Shown one piece after another: positions 1 through 7,046 of a stretch of 32,000 bases of DNA; position 1 is the stretch's first letter; each line of letters starts with the position of its first letter. The translations under genes were made by a program, and so were the position numbers. The DNA lies in NCBI RefSeq assembly GCF_000011805.1, contig NC_006841.2, one strand, 5' to 3'. The notes beneath the pieces are model-generated. The model worked only from the letters and a program-made list of their open reading frames with translations. It had not been told where the DNA came from and ran no database searches. The stretch is from Aliivibrio fischeri ES114. Lineage in GTDB: Bacteria; Pseudomonadota; Gammaproteobacteria; Enterobacterales; Vibrionaceae.

Positions 1-1
1 G

Positions 2-523
2 GATGAGCGTTGCGTTACTCCTACTGATCCTGAAAGTAATTATGGAGAAGCAAATGAATTATTGTTCTCTCGTATTGATATTCCGTTAGAAAATATTCAC
101 CGTATTGAAGGCGAAAATGAACCTTTGGAAGAAGTGAATCGCTTCTCTAACGAGATGAGAGAATTGATTCCGTTAGAAGATGGGATCCCAGTTTTTGATT
201 GGATTTTATTAGGCGTAGGAGCAGATGGCCATACTGCATCATTATTTCCTAATAAGACAGATTATAACGATACAAACTTAGCCGTTATTGCGACTCACCC
301 AGAGTCAGGTCAACAAAGAGTATCGAAGACAGCAAAAGTATTAGAAGCAGCTAAACGTATTAGCTATCTAGTGTTAGGTAGTGGTAAAGCTGAAATTGTT
401 CAAGAAATTCATACTAAACCAGCAAATGAGTTGCCATACCCGGCAGCAAAAATTCACTCAACATTGGGTGAAACTGAATGGTTTTTAGATATAGATGCAG
501 CGGCTCGCATTATTAATAAATAG
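2..523 (+). CDS. pgl: 6-phosphogluconolactonase (5' end lies outside the window)
   Basis: Frame 2 is open from nt 2 (DERCVTPTDPESNYGEANELL...) into the listed ORF. It carries the LGVGADGHTASLFP motif typical of Pgl/NagB-fold lactonases and sits directly upstream of gnd, as in zwf-pgl-gnd operons. Confidence 0.85.
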   Translation, partial: DERCVTPTDPESNYGEANELLFSRIDIPLENIHRIEGENEPLEEVNRFSNEMRELIPLEDGIPVFDWILLGVGADGHTASLFPNKTDYNDTNLAVIATHPESGQQRVSKTAKVLEAAKRISYLVLGSGKAEIVQEIHTKPANELPYPAAKIHSTLGETEWFLDIDAAARIINK

Positions 524-559
524 AAGTTCGAGCATAACGCAAATTTTTGGAGTAAAGAT

Positions 560-2008
560 ATGAAAGGCGATATTGGCGTAATTGGTCTTGCAGTAATGGG
601 CCAGAACCTAATTCTAAATATGAACGATCACGGTTATAAAGTGGTAGCACATAACCGAACTGCTGAAAAAGTAGATGAGTTCTTACAAGGTCCTGCAAAA
701 GGGACAAATATTGTTGGTGCATATTCGCTTCAAGAGTTAGTTGATAAATTAGAATCACCACGCAAAATTATGTTAATGGTACGAGCTGGTGATGTTGTTG
801 ATTCATTTATCGACAAGTTGGTTCCTTTATTAGATAAAGGTGACATCATCATTGATGGTGGTAATACAAATTTCCCAGATACTAACCGTCGTGTTGCTGC
901 GCTGAAAGAGAAAGGAATTCACTTTATTGGTTCTGGTGTTTCTGGTGGTGAAGAAGGTGCTCGTTTTGGTCCTTCAATTATGCCTGGAGGTTCACCTGAA
1001 GCATGGCCATTTGTTAAACCAATTTTCCAAGCTATTTCAGCGAAAACTGAAAATAATGAGCCTTGTTGTGATTGGGTTGGTAACGATGGTGCTGGCCACT
1101 TTGTAAAAATGGTTCATAACGGCATTGAATATGGCGATATGCAGCTTATCACAGAAGCATACCAGTTCATGAAAGACGGCCTTGGTATGACGCACGATGA
1201 AATGCAGTCTGTTTTTATTGAGTGGAATAAAACCGAGCTAAATAGTTATTTAGTAGAAATCACTTCAGATATCTTAGGTTATAAAGATACAGATGGTGAA
1301 CCATTAGTAGAAAAAATTCTTGATACTGCTGGCCAAAAAGGCACAGGTAAGTGGACAGGAATTAATGCATTAGATATGGGTATCCCATTAACGCTAATTA
1401 CAGAATCTGTATTTGCACGCTGTTTATCATCATTAAAAGATCAACGTGTAGAGGCTGAAGAGTTATTTGGTAAGAAAGAATCGATTGTTGAAGGTGATAA
1501 ACAAGTTTGGATAGAAGCATTACGCCAAGCACTTTTAGCATCGAAAATCATCTCATATGCACAAGGCTTTATGTTGATGCGTGAAGCGTCAAACGAGAAT
1601 GGTTGGGATCTAAATTACGGTAACGTGGCATTGATGTGGCGTGGTGGTTGTATTATCCGTTCTGCATTCTTAAGTAATATTCGTGATGCGTACGATATTG
1701 ATCCTGAACTTTCCTTTTTAGGTTCAGATAGCTACTTCAAAGGTATTCTAGAAAATAGTATGTCTGCATGGAGAAAAGTAGCAGCAAAATCAATGGAAGT
1801 AGGGATCCCAATGCCATCAATGACATCAGCATTGACTTTCCTTGATGGTTATACAACAGCTCGTCTTCCTGCAAACTTACTGCAAGCACAACGTGATTAT
1901 TTTGGTGCTCATACTTACGAGCGTGTAGATAAACCAAAAGGTGAGTTTTTCCATACGAATTGGACAGGTAAAGGCGGTGATGTATCATCGACAACGTATA
2001 ACTCGTAG
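560..2008 (+). CDS. gnd: 6-phosphogluconate dehydrogenase, decarboxylating
   Basis: 482-aa ORF with an N-terminal Rossmann motif (IGVIGLAVMGQNL). Conserved blocks HNGIEYGDMQLI and RDYFGAHTYERVD are colinear with enterobacterial Gnd as I recall it. A GGAG RBS lies about 8 nt before the ATG. Confidence 0.97.
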   Translation: MKGDIGVIGLAVMGQNLILNMNDHGYKVVAHNRTAEKVDEFLQGPAKGTNIVGAYSLQELVDKLESPRKIMLMVRAGDVVDSFIDKLVPLLDKGDIIIDGGNTNFPDTNRRVAALKEKGIHFIGSGVSGGEEGARFGPSIMPGGSPEAWPFVKPIFQAISAKTENNEPCCDWVGNDGAGHFVKMVHNGIEYGDMQLITEAYQFMKDGLGMTHDEMQSVFIEWNKTELNSYLVEITSDILGYKDTDGEPLVEKILDTAGQKGTGKWTGINALDMGIPLTLITESVFARCLSSLKDQRVEAEELFGKKESIVEGDKQVWIEALRQALLASKIISYAQGFMLMREASNENGWDLNYGNVALMWRGGCIIRSAFLSNIRDAYDIDPELSFLGSDSYFKGILENSMSAWRKVAAKSMEVGIPMPSMTSALTFLDGYTTARLPANLLQAQRDYFGAHTYERVDKPKGEFFHTNWTGKGGDVSSTTYNS

Positions 2009-2032
2009 CTGTTACCTTTCATCGATAAAATA

Positions 2033-2068
2033 AAAAAGCCCCTAACTTGTATGAGTTAGGGGCTTTTT
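2033..2068. terminator. Bidirectional rho-independent terminator between gnd and the DedA-family gene
   Basis: Perfect 15-bp stem aaaaagcccctaact / agttaggggcttttt with a 6-nt loop. It has an A-run on the left and a T-run on the right. Confidence 0.85.
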
Positions 2069-2081
2069 ATATCGAATTAAT

Positions 2082-2753
2082 TTAACAGATTTTTTTACGA
2101 CGGTATTTTTTTAAACAGTAACCACTGATAAAACTACATACTGCAATCGCCAGTGTGATGACTGGTGCTGCCATTAGTGCCATGGTGATATATTTCGACA
2201 GCTTTTCCGGTAAAAATGATAATGAATAACCGAAACCAGTTAGTAATAAAATCCAAATAATAGCGCTCATCCAAGCAAAATAATGGAAGCGAGCTGCTTG
2301 TTGCATTCGTAGTCCCATCATTAACGGTAAAAGAGGGCGAACAACAGGAATAAAACGAGCTACAAAAAGAGCAATTAGCCCATGTTTAGTTAACAAAGAG
2401 TCAACTGTCTGTAATCTGTGTGGTGGAACTGCATTAATCCATTTCTGAATTGTTGGAAATTTATGTAACCAACGACCTTGTATAAAAGCCAATTGACTAC
2501 CAATTGCCGCGGCCATGATAAGACCAGCAACAATTACAGGGTAGCTAATTACATTAGCAGCAGCTAGAGAACCTGCAAGAATAACAACACTATCGCAAGG
2601 TAGTGGTGCAGCTGGAATAAAAGCACTTTCTAACCAAATAAATAGAATCAAACAAAAGTAGATCATCGTCATACTTGCTGGGTTTTGTAGAATTGTGAAA
2701 TCTTGTTGCCATAAAGCCGTTAGAATCGAAATAAATGAATCAAACATCGCCAT
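2082..2753 (-). CDS. DedA/SNARE-associated family inner-membrane protein
   Basis: Polytopic membrane ORF with DedA-type motifs (WLESAFIPAAPLPCDSVVILAGSLAA and ARFIPVVRPLLPLMMG). The start is placed at ATG 2753 (MAMFDSF...), which has a GGAGA RBS. The longer ORF to 2828 runs through a conserved upstream element and has no RBS. Confidence 0.8.
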   Translation of the reverse strand: MAMFDSFISILTALWQQDFTILQNPASMTMIYFCLILFIWLESAFIPAAPLPCDSVVILAGSLAAANVISYPVIVAGLIMAAAIGSQLAFIQGRWLHKFPTIQKWINAVPPHRLQTVDSLLTKHGLIALFVARFIPVVRPLLPLMMGLRMQQAARFHYFAWMSAIIWILLLTGFGYSLSFLPEKLSKYITMALMAAPVITLAIAVCSFISGYCLKKYRRKKIC

Positions 2754-2783
2754 TCTCCAGACGAAAATTAAGCCGAAACTTGT

Positions 2784-2857
2784 TGTGACAGATAGGTCGA
2801 GAGTAAGGTAAGTGATAGATAAAGTCACTAAGAATTTTCACTGTCATAAAAAGTTCA
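2784..2857 (-). repeat. Copy A of a ~75-nt conserved upstream element (candidate promoter plus leader) 5' of the DedA-family gene
   Basis: Aligns by hand to 15551-15625 with 61 identical of 75 columns (one 1-nt indel). This includes the exact 21-mer ttcactgtcataaaaagttca (2837-2857 = 15605-15625). Both copies lie about 30-108 nt upstream of a minus-strand start codon, in the same orientation. Confidence 0.75.
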
Positions 2858-3370
2858 CATAAGGTAGATAAACTAGATGATTCAACAAGTTGGGTCAACA
2901 TTTCCTTACAAATGTGCGTAAATTGTTACCAATAGATAGTAGGTTCACATTTTTGGTGAAGCGATAGAGGCACTTATCGAAAATTAACTGTTTTTATATT
3001 TTCGTTTTTAGAAATAAAATTAATGACAATTATTATATGTAATGCAATGTTGCATATAATATCAAAAAATATATTTTTATATAAACATTGGTAGTCTCAT
3101 AAGTTGTTGTATTTAATGACTTTTATTGTGTTGGTGATTATTCTTCAACTGTTCCCTCTAATTCAAACAATATAATTAACTAAGTAATTACGTATAATTT
3201 GATTGATTATTCGTATGGAGTATATTTCTCTCACCTAACTAAACCAATTAATCAAATCAATAATAATAGATTTATTGTTAGTTAGATTTTGTTTCATATA
3301 ACCATGTTTACTTCAAATTAATGAAGAGAGCATTAAGTAGTGTTAATCATTAACTACCGGAAATAAAAAG

Positions 3371-3994
3371 ATGAAAAAAATATATTTAGCTGCGTTTGTA
3401 TTTGGTGTTTTTTCTGTATCGTCTTCAGCTGAAATGATGCCTTATGTTGGGGGAAATATTGGTATTGGTGGTATTACTTCACCAGATGCTGATATTGACA
3501 ATATGAACTATTCTCAAGAGTCAGGAAAGTTTGCTTGGAGCTTGAATACTGGTCTATTATTTAACTCAGAAATGAATAATAAATTTCAATACGGTGCAGA
3601 AGTGAGTTATTCGACCTATGCAACAAATGAAAATCGTTTTGAAAATTTGAAGTTTGACTATGATGGCTACAACATTGCTGCATTAGGTGTAGCAAAGTAC
3701 AATTTCAATAATAAGTGGAGTATTTTTGGTAAAGCGGGTGCAGCTTATACAGTTCAAGAGCTAACAAGTAATGTAAACGTTTTTAATAAAAAAGAATCGA
3801 AAGTATTGCCAAAAATCGGTTTAGGTGCATCGTATAACATTACAGATAACTTTGCGATTAACGCTAGCTTCGAGCATATCTTTGGTGATGACTTAGCCGA
3901 GTTTACGAATAAACCAAATAACCATCAATTGTCGGACTACACAAATGTAGGATCGGTAAGTACCATGTATATTGGTATGGGTTATTCATTCTAA
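3371..3994 (+). CDS. Small outer-membrane beta-barrel protein (OmpA-like/OmpW-like 8-strand class)
   Basis: Signal peptide MKKIYLAAFVFGVFSVSSSAEM. The body shows alternating aromatic/glycine beta-strand periodicity and ends in a C-terminal ...GMGYSF with terminal Phe, typical of BAM substrates. Confidence 0.7.
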   Translation: MKKIYLAAFVFGVFSVSSSAEMMPYVGGNIGIGGITSPDADIDNMNYSQESGKFAWSLNTGLLFNSEMNNKFQYGAEVSYSTYATNENRFENLKFDYDGYNIAALGVAKYNFNNKWSIFGKAGAAYTVQELTSNVNVFNKKESKVLPKIGLGASYNITDNFAINASFEHIFGDDLAEFTNKPNNHQLSDYTNVGSVSTMYIGMGYSF

Positions 3995-4121
3995 TTATTT
4001 ATAGTCTTATTTTTTAAGTTTAGATTTTACCTTGTAAATAAGACGTAAACTAATTAACAATGAAGTAGGGTATTGCCTATTTCTGTTATGAAATAGGCTG
4101 CTCTATATTTGCTCAAAAATT

Positions 4122-4180
4122 AAGTATAAACAGCATTTCTGTATTACGTTTGTTCTTTTTGTGTTTATACTTTGTTTTTT
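4122..4180 (+). terminator. Probable terminator of the OMP gene (third of three hairpins)
   Basis: 11-bp perfect stem aagtataaaca (4122-4132) / tgtttatactt (4162-4172), followed by tgtttttt. The loop is long (29 nt). Two further hairpins lie at 4004-4044 (9-bp stem) and 4075-4098 (gcctatttc/gaaataggc, 6-nt loop). Confidence 0.45.
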
Positions 4181-4304
4181 ATTGGTTTTGGTTTTGAACA
4201 AAGTTAACGAATATAGATAAGTTGGTCTCAATATATTGACAATAAAGATGAATAGGTTTATTTATGACTTGTATTTAATTCGATAACTGTTAAGTCAGGA
4301 TGAT

Positions 4305-4916
4305 ATGGTTTTTAAACTCAATGAAATCTATTGGGATCCAGCAACAAAAAAATTGTACGATACGCTAGAAGATGCAGTTAATGGTAATAACGAATATGGT
4401 TCAACAACGCCTTTAGTTTCTGCAATTCTGACTTTGTTAATAAAAGAACATCCTTCTATTTGTAAAAATGAACATATTAAAGATGCTCTTTGGGGGACTC
4501 AGTGGATATCAAATGAAAGCATTCCTCAGTTAATTAAAAGAACAAGAGTATCAATAAAAGATACGAATAGACATGTTATCGAAAATGTAAAAGGCAATGG
4601 TTATAAAATAAACAATGTAGAAGAGATTAGAATAAATTCAAATAGCATACAATGCACAGAGAAAAAAACGTCACATTCTAAACTAAAAGAAACATCTATT
4701 TTTTTATTTTCAATCATCATTTTCATTTTATCTAGTTCAGCATTAATCTTTTGTATAGAAAAACATGTGTTTTACGATCTAATTCCTTTAGAAGAGATAA
4801 AAAAAGTCAAAGATTTTGATTTAATTAAAATCTCTGAAGATAAGTTTTTAATTAAGACTAAAGACCAAGAGTGTGAATTGAACCTTAAAAATAAAATTGC
4901 TCGATGTAAAATATGA
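4305..4916 (+). CDS. TcpP/ToxR-like membrane-anchored winged-helix transcriptional regulator
   Basis: N-terminal OmpR/PhoB-type wHTH (ALWGTQWISNESIPQLIKRTR ... VIENVKGNGYKI), closely resembling my recollection of V. cholerae TcpP. There is a single TM helix (SIFLFSIIIFILSSSALIFCI) and a short periplasmic tail with two Cys, C190 and C201, 11 residues apart, the second being 3 residues from the C-terminus. Confidence 0.75.
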   Translation: MVFKLNEIYWDPATKKLYDTLEDAVNGNNEYGSTTPLVSAILTLLIKEHPSICKNEHIKDALWGTQWISNESIPQLIKRTRVSIKDTNRHVIENVKGNGYKINNVEEIRINSNSIQCTEKKTSHSKLKETSIFLFSIIIFILSSSALIFCIEKHVFYDLIPLEEIKKVKDFDLIKISEDKFLIKTKDQECELNLKNKIARCKI

Positions 4917-5302
4917 AAAGTCAAATATCGAAAACATTAATTGTTTTTTCTGTAATTAATTTACTCATAATAATAATATGGCATAAATTTTATCGAGTCG
5001 ATTTAGTTGGAACAATAACAATAAATGAAAAACAAGTTAACTATGTAAAGTATGAAAAGTATTTAGATTCTGTCAATGTAGTTAATACTAAGTATAGTGA
5101 TGATATAGCTGTTCCTGCAACAAGTAGCGCAACAAAGTATTTTGTCGATTATAATTTATCTCAAGGTAAATTATATGCATATGATGGAACAAATTATTAT
5201 ATTTTAAATATATATTCATTAGGGGACTCTTGTTTTGTAACTCTTCCAGCAGGAAGTGGTAGTCTCAAAAAAATTGGTTTTTCTTGCAAATACAATAATT
5301 AA
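4913..5302 (+). CDS. TcpH/ToxS-like single-pass periplasmic partner protein
   Basis: The start overlaps the upstream stop (ATGA at 4913-4916). The 129-aa product has an N-terminal TM helix (TLIVFSVINLLIIIIW) and a periplasmic domain with two Cys (C107, C125) 18 residues apart. Size and topology match the TcpH/ToxS/VtrC partner class. Confidence 0.55.
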   Translation: MKSQISKTLIVFSVINLLIIIIWHKFYRVDLVGTITINEKQVNYVKYEKYLDSVNVVNTKYSDDIAVPATSSATKYFVDYNLSQGKLYAYDGTNYYILNIYSLGDSCFVTLPAGSGSLKKIGFSCKYNN

Positions 5303-5354
5303 TTTATTTTCAATAATTTGATTGTTATTTATAGAGTGTGTTTAGGGTACATAA

Positions 5355-7046
5355 TTGAATTCAACAATTTCTTTCTTATATCAACCAAAAGTACAGAATG
5401 GAAGTATTATCAGTGTTGAAGCTTTACTAAGAGTTCCTGGTGTTACAAATATTGAGAGCTATGTTTCAATGGTAACAAATAAACCTTTGTTTGATTATAC
5501 AATAATAAGGAAAGTATTATCAGATAGAAGGGAATATCACGAAAACATTGGTTACTCTTTCCCTGTATCTATAAACATTTCGATACAGAGTTTAGAATCA
5601 GATTATTTTATTAATAAAACATCTAAGTTATTGAAAAATGAACCTAATGTAACGTTGGAGATAACTGAAAATGACAGTTATTTATCTTTAGAACGTGTTA
5701 AAGAATCGATGGGAATACTTAAATCATTAGGTGTTAAGTTTTCTTTAGATGATTTTGGTAAAGGCTTTTCAGATATTGAACAAGTATTGTCATTAGACCT
5801 TGATGAAATCAAAGTGGATGGTTCTTTAGTTAATGATATTGAAAACAATTTTTATAAGTTTAGACATTTAAAATATACGCTAGATGAATTAGAAGATATC
5901 AGTAACTTTAATATTGTTATTGAGCGGGTTGAGAATAAAAAACAAGTTAACTTAATTGAATCCCTTGGAAAAAAAGTATCATACCAAGGATACTTTTTTT
6001 ATAAACCAATGAATTTATTTGACTTAACAATTGCGACACCAGAACCGCATAAAGAAGAAAAACATGAACCTAAGTTATTGTTAGAAAAATTGATTTATGA
6101 GTTGATCAAAACCGATAATGATAATGAGTGCGCACAGTTAGTTAATGATATTCACTCTGTAGATATATTTAATAATCTTGGTTCCAAGGTTTGTGACAGT
6201 TTAACTATAACAGAAGTAAAAAAAAGCATACTAAAAAAATACAATAAGATAGCGCTTAACCCGAATAGTCCTGAAAATTTGTTTTTCAAATCATATCTTA
6301 ATTGTATGAGTCGCTTAGTCATAATCCGAGATTCTGAAGGTAATGCTTTATTCAATAACCAAGCCCATATTAATTTTATGAATGTGGACTTGGTAGGAAT
6401 GCCTCTAGAAAGCATTTATGAAAAATTTGAACAATACGAAAGCTGTATTGCAATAGATAAGGAGTTGATTGAATCAAAATCCAACTTCTTAGCGGTAAGA
6501 GAAGTTGTCGACTTTGATGGGCAAACTAAATCGTATTATACGTTTAGGCAGAAAATTAACCATTATGGAAAAACACTAATAATTACGATTGTTTATGATG
6601 AAGATGATAGAGATTCGTTTCCTAGGGATGCATTAACAGATTGTTTTGATAGAACCATTTTGAACAGCTACTACATGAATCAATTTAACATGGTTGCTTT
6701 CATTGATATGGATGGGTTTAAAAAGATTAATGATAACTTCAGTCATAAGCTAGGTGACGACTGTTTAAGCAAATTTGTTATGTATTTAAAACATGAATTA
6801 AGAAAGGAAGACCTTATCATAAGATACGGTGGTGATGAATTTTTGATTTTTACTCAATGGGATGACCGACATACATTTGAAAGTCGCTTAAATCTGATAA
6901 GGAATAAAGTCGAAAAGCTGTTTAAATCAAACAACATAGACTTGTCATTTTCATATGGCATTGAAGATTTATCAAAAGGTATGGAAATTGCGATTAACTG
7001 TGCGGATGAAAAAATGTATGCTGACAAAAGCAGAAAATTACAGTGA
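5355..7046 (+). CDS. Cytoplasmic c-di-GMP turnover protein with inverted domain order EAL-PAS-GGDEF
   Basis: EAL motifs are all present: FLYQPKV, VEALLRV, VSINIS, LEITEND, FSLDDFGKGFS, EIKVDGS, ERVEN, YQGYFFYKP. The central region is PAS-like. The C-terminal GGDEF domain has FIDMDGFKKINDNFSHKLGDD, RYGGDEF (GGDEF at 6828-6842) and an I-site RKED (6801-6812) five residues upstream. The only start that keeps the EAL domain is TTG 5355, immediately after an in-frame stop, with AGGG 8 nt upstream. Confidence 0.85.
   Translation: MNSTISFLYQPKVQNGSIISVEALLRVPGVTNIESYVSMVTNKPLFDYTIIRKVLSDRREYHENIGYSFPVSINISIQSLESDYFINKTSKLLKNEPNVTLEITENDSYLSLERVKESMGILKSLGVKFSLDDFGKGFSDIEQVLSLDLDEIKVDGSLVNDIENNFYKFRHLKYTLDELEDISNFNIVIERVENKKQVNLIESLGKKVSYQGYFFYKPMNLFDLTIATPEPHKEEKHEPKLLLEKLIYELIKTDNDNECAQLVNDIHSVDIFNNLGSKVCDSLTITEVKKSILKKYNKIALNPNSPENLFFKSYLNCMSRLVIIRDSEGNALFNNQAHINFMNVDLVGMPLESIYEKFEQYESCIAIDKELIESKSNFLAVREVVDFDGQTKSYYTFRQKINHYGKTLIITIVYDEDDRDSFPRDALTDCFDRTILNSYYMNQFNMVAFIDMDGFKKINDNFSHKLGDDCLSKFVMYLKHELRKEDLIIRYGGDEFLIFTQWDDRHTFESRLNLIRNKVEKLFKSNNIDLSFSYGIEDLSKGMEIAINCADEKMYADKSRKLQ

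Noticed and set aside
513-761. 82-aa minus-strand ORF spanning the pgl-gnd junction, along with 1737-1994, 17035-17265, 20977-21198, 22169-22351, 24521-24727, 30162-30350, 30498-30680 and 31777-31968.
   Set aside because: All lie antisense within confidently assigned genes and carry no independent coding evidence.
2754-2828. N-terminal extensions of listed ORFs: dedA to 2828, gltS to 15541, porin to 21835, nagZ from TTG 27409, queE from TTG 30739, second DUF paralogue from GTG 25063, receptor from TTG 8483.
   Set aside because: In each case a downstream ATG has a better RBS and/or yields a proper signal peptide or an orthologue-like N-terminus. The extensions run through intergenic-looking or conserved non-coding sequence.
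3065-3078. Perfect 14-nt palindrome AAAAATATATTTTT, the nearby attatatg...catataat inverted repeat (3031-3060) and the ctaactaa/ttagttag hairpin (3235-3285).
   Set aside because: These are pure A/T low-complexity symmetry in a very AT-rich spacer. The stems are thermodynamically weak and expected by chance. I cannot assign a function without conservation data.
3116-3175. 19-codon hydrophobic mini-ORF (MTFIVLVIILQLFPLIQTI) in the long dedA-OMP spacer. It could be a type I toxin-like or leader peptide.
   Set aside because: There is no RBS, no nearby antisense or terminator structure and no conserved context that I can see. Short hydrophobic ORFs arise readily in T-rich DNA.
2829-3370. I looked for a c-di-GMP riboswitch (GEMM-I/II) or other structured leader in the long spacers 2829-3370, 3995-4304 and 8390-8509, given the c-di-GMP theme.
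   Set aside because: I could not find the GC-rich conserved cores of GEMM motifs (for example the ACGCAAAGC-type segments). The regions are about 20-25% GC with only AT-rich hairpins. A covariance-model scan (Rfam/Infernal) would be the decisive test.
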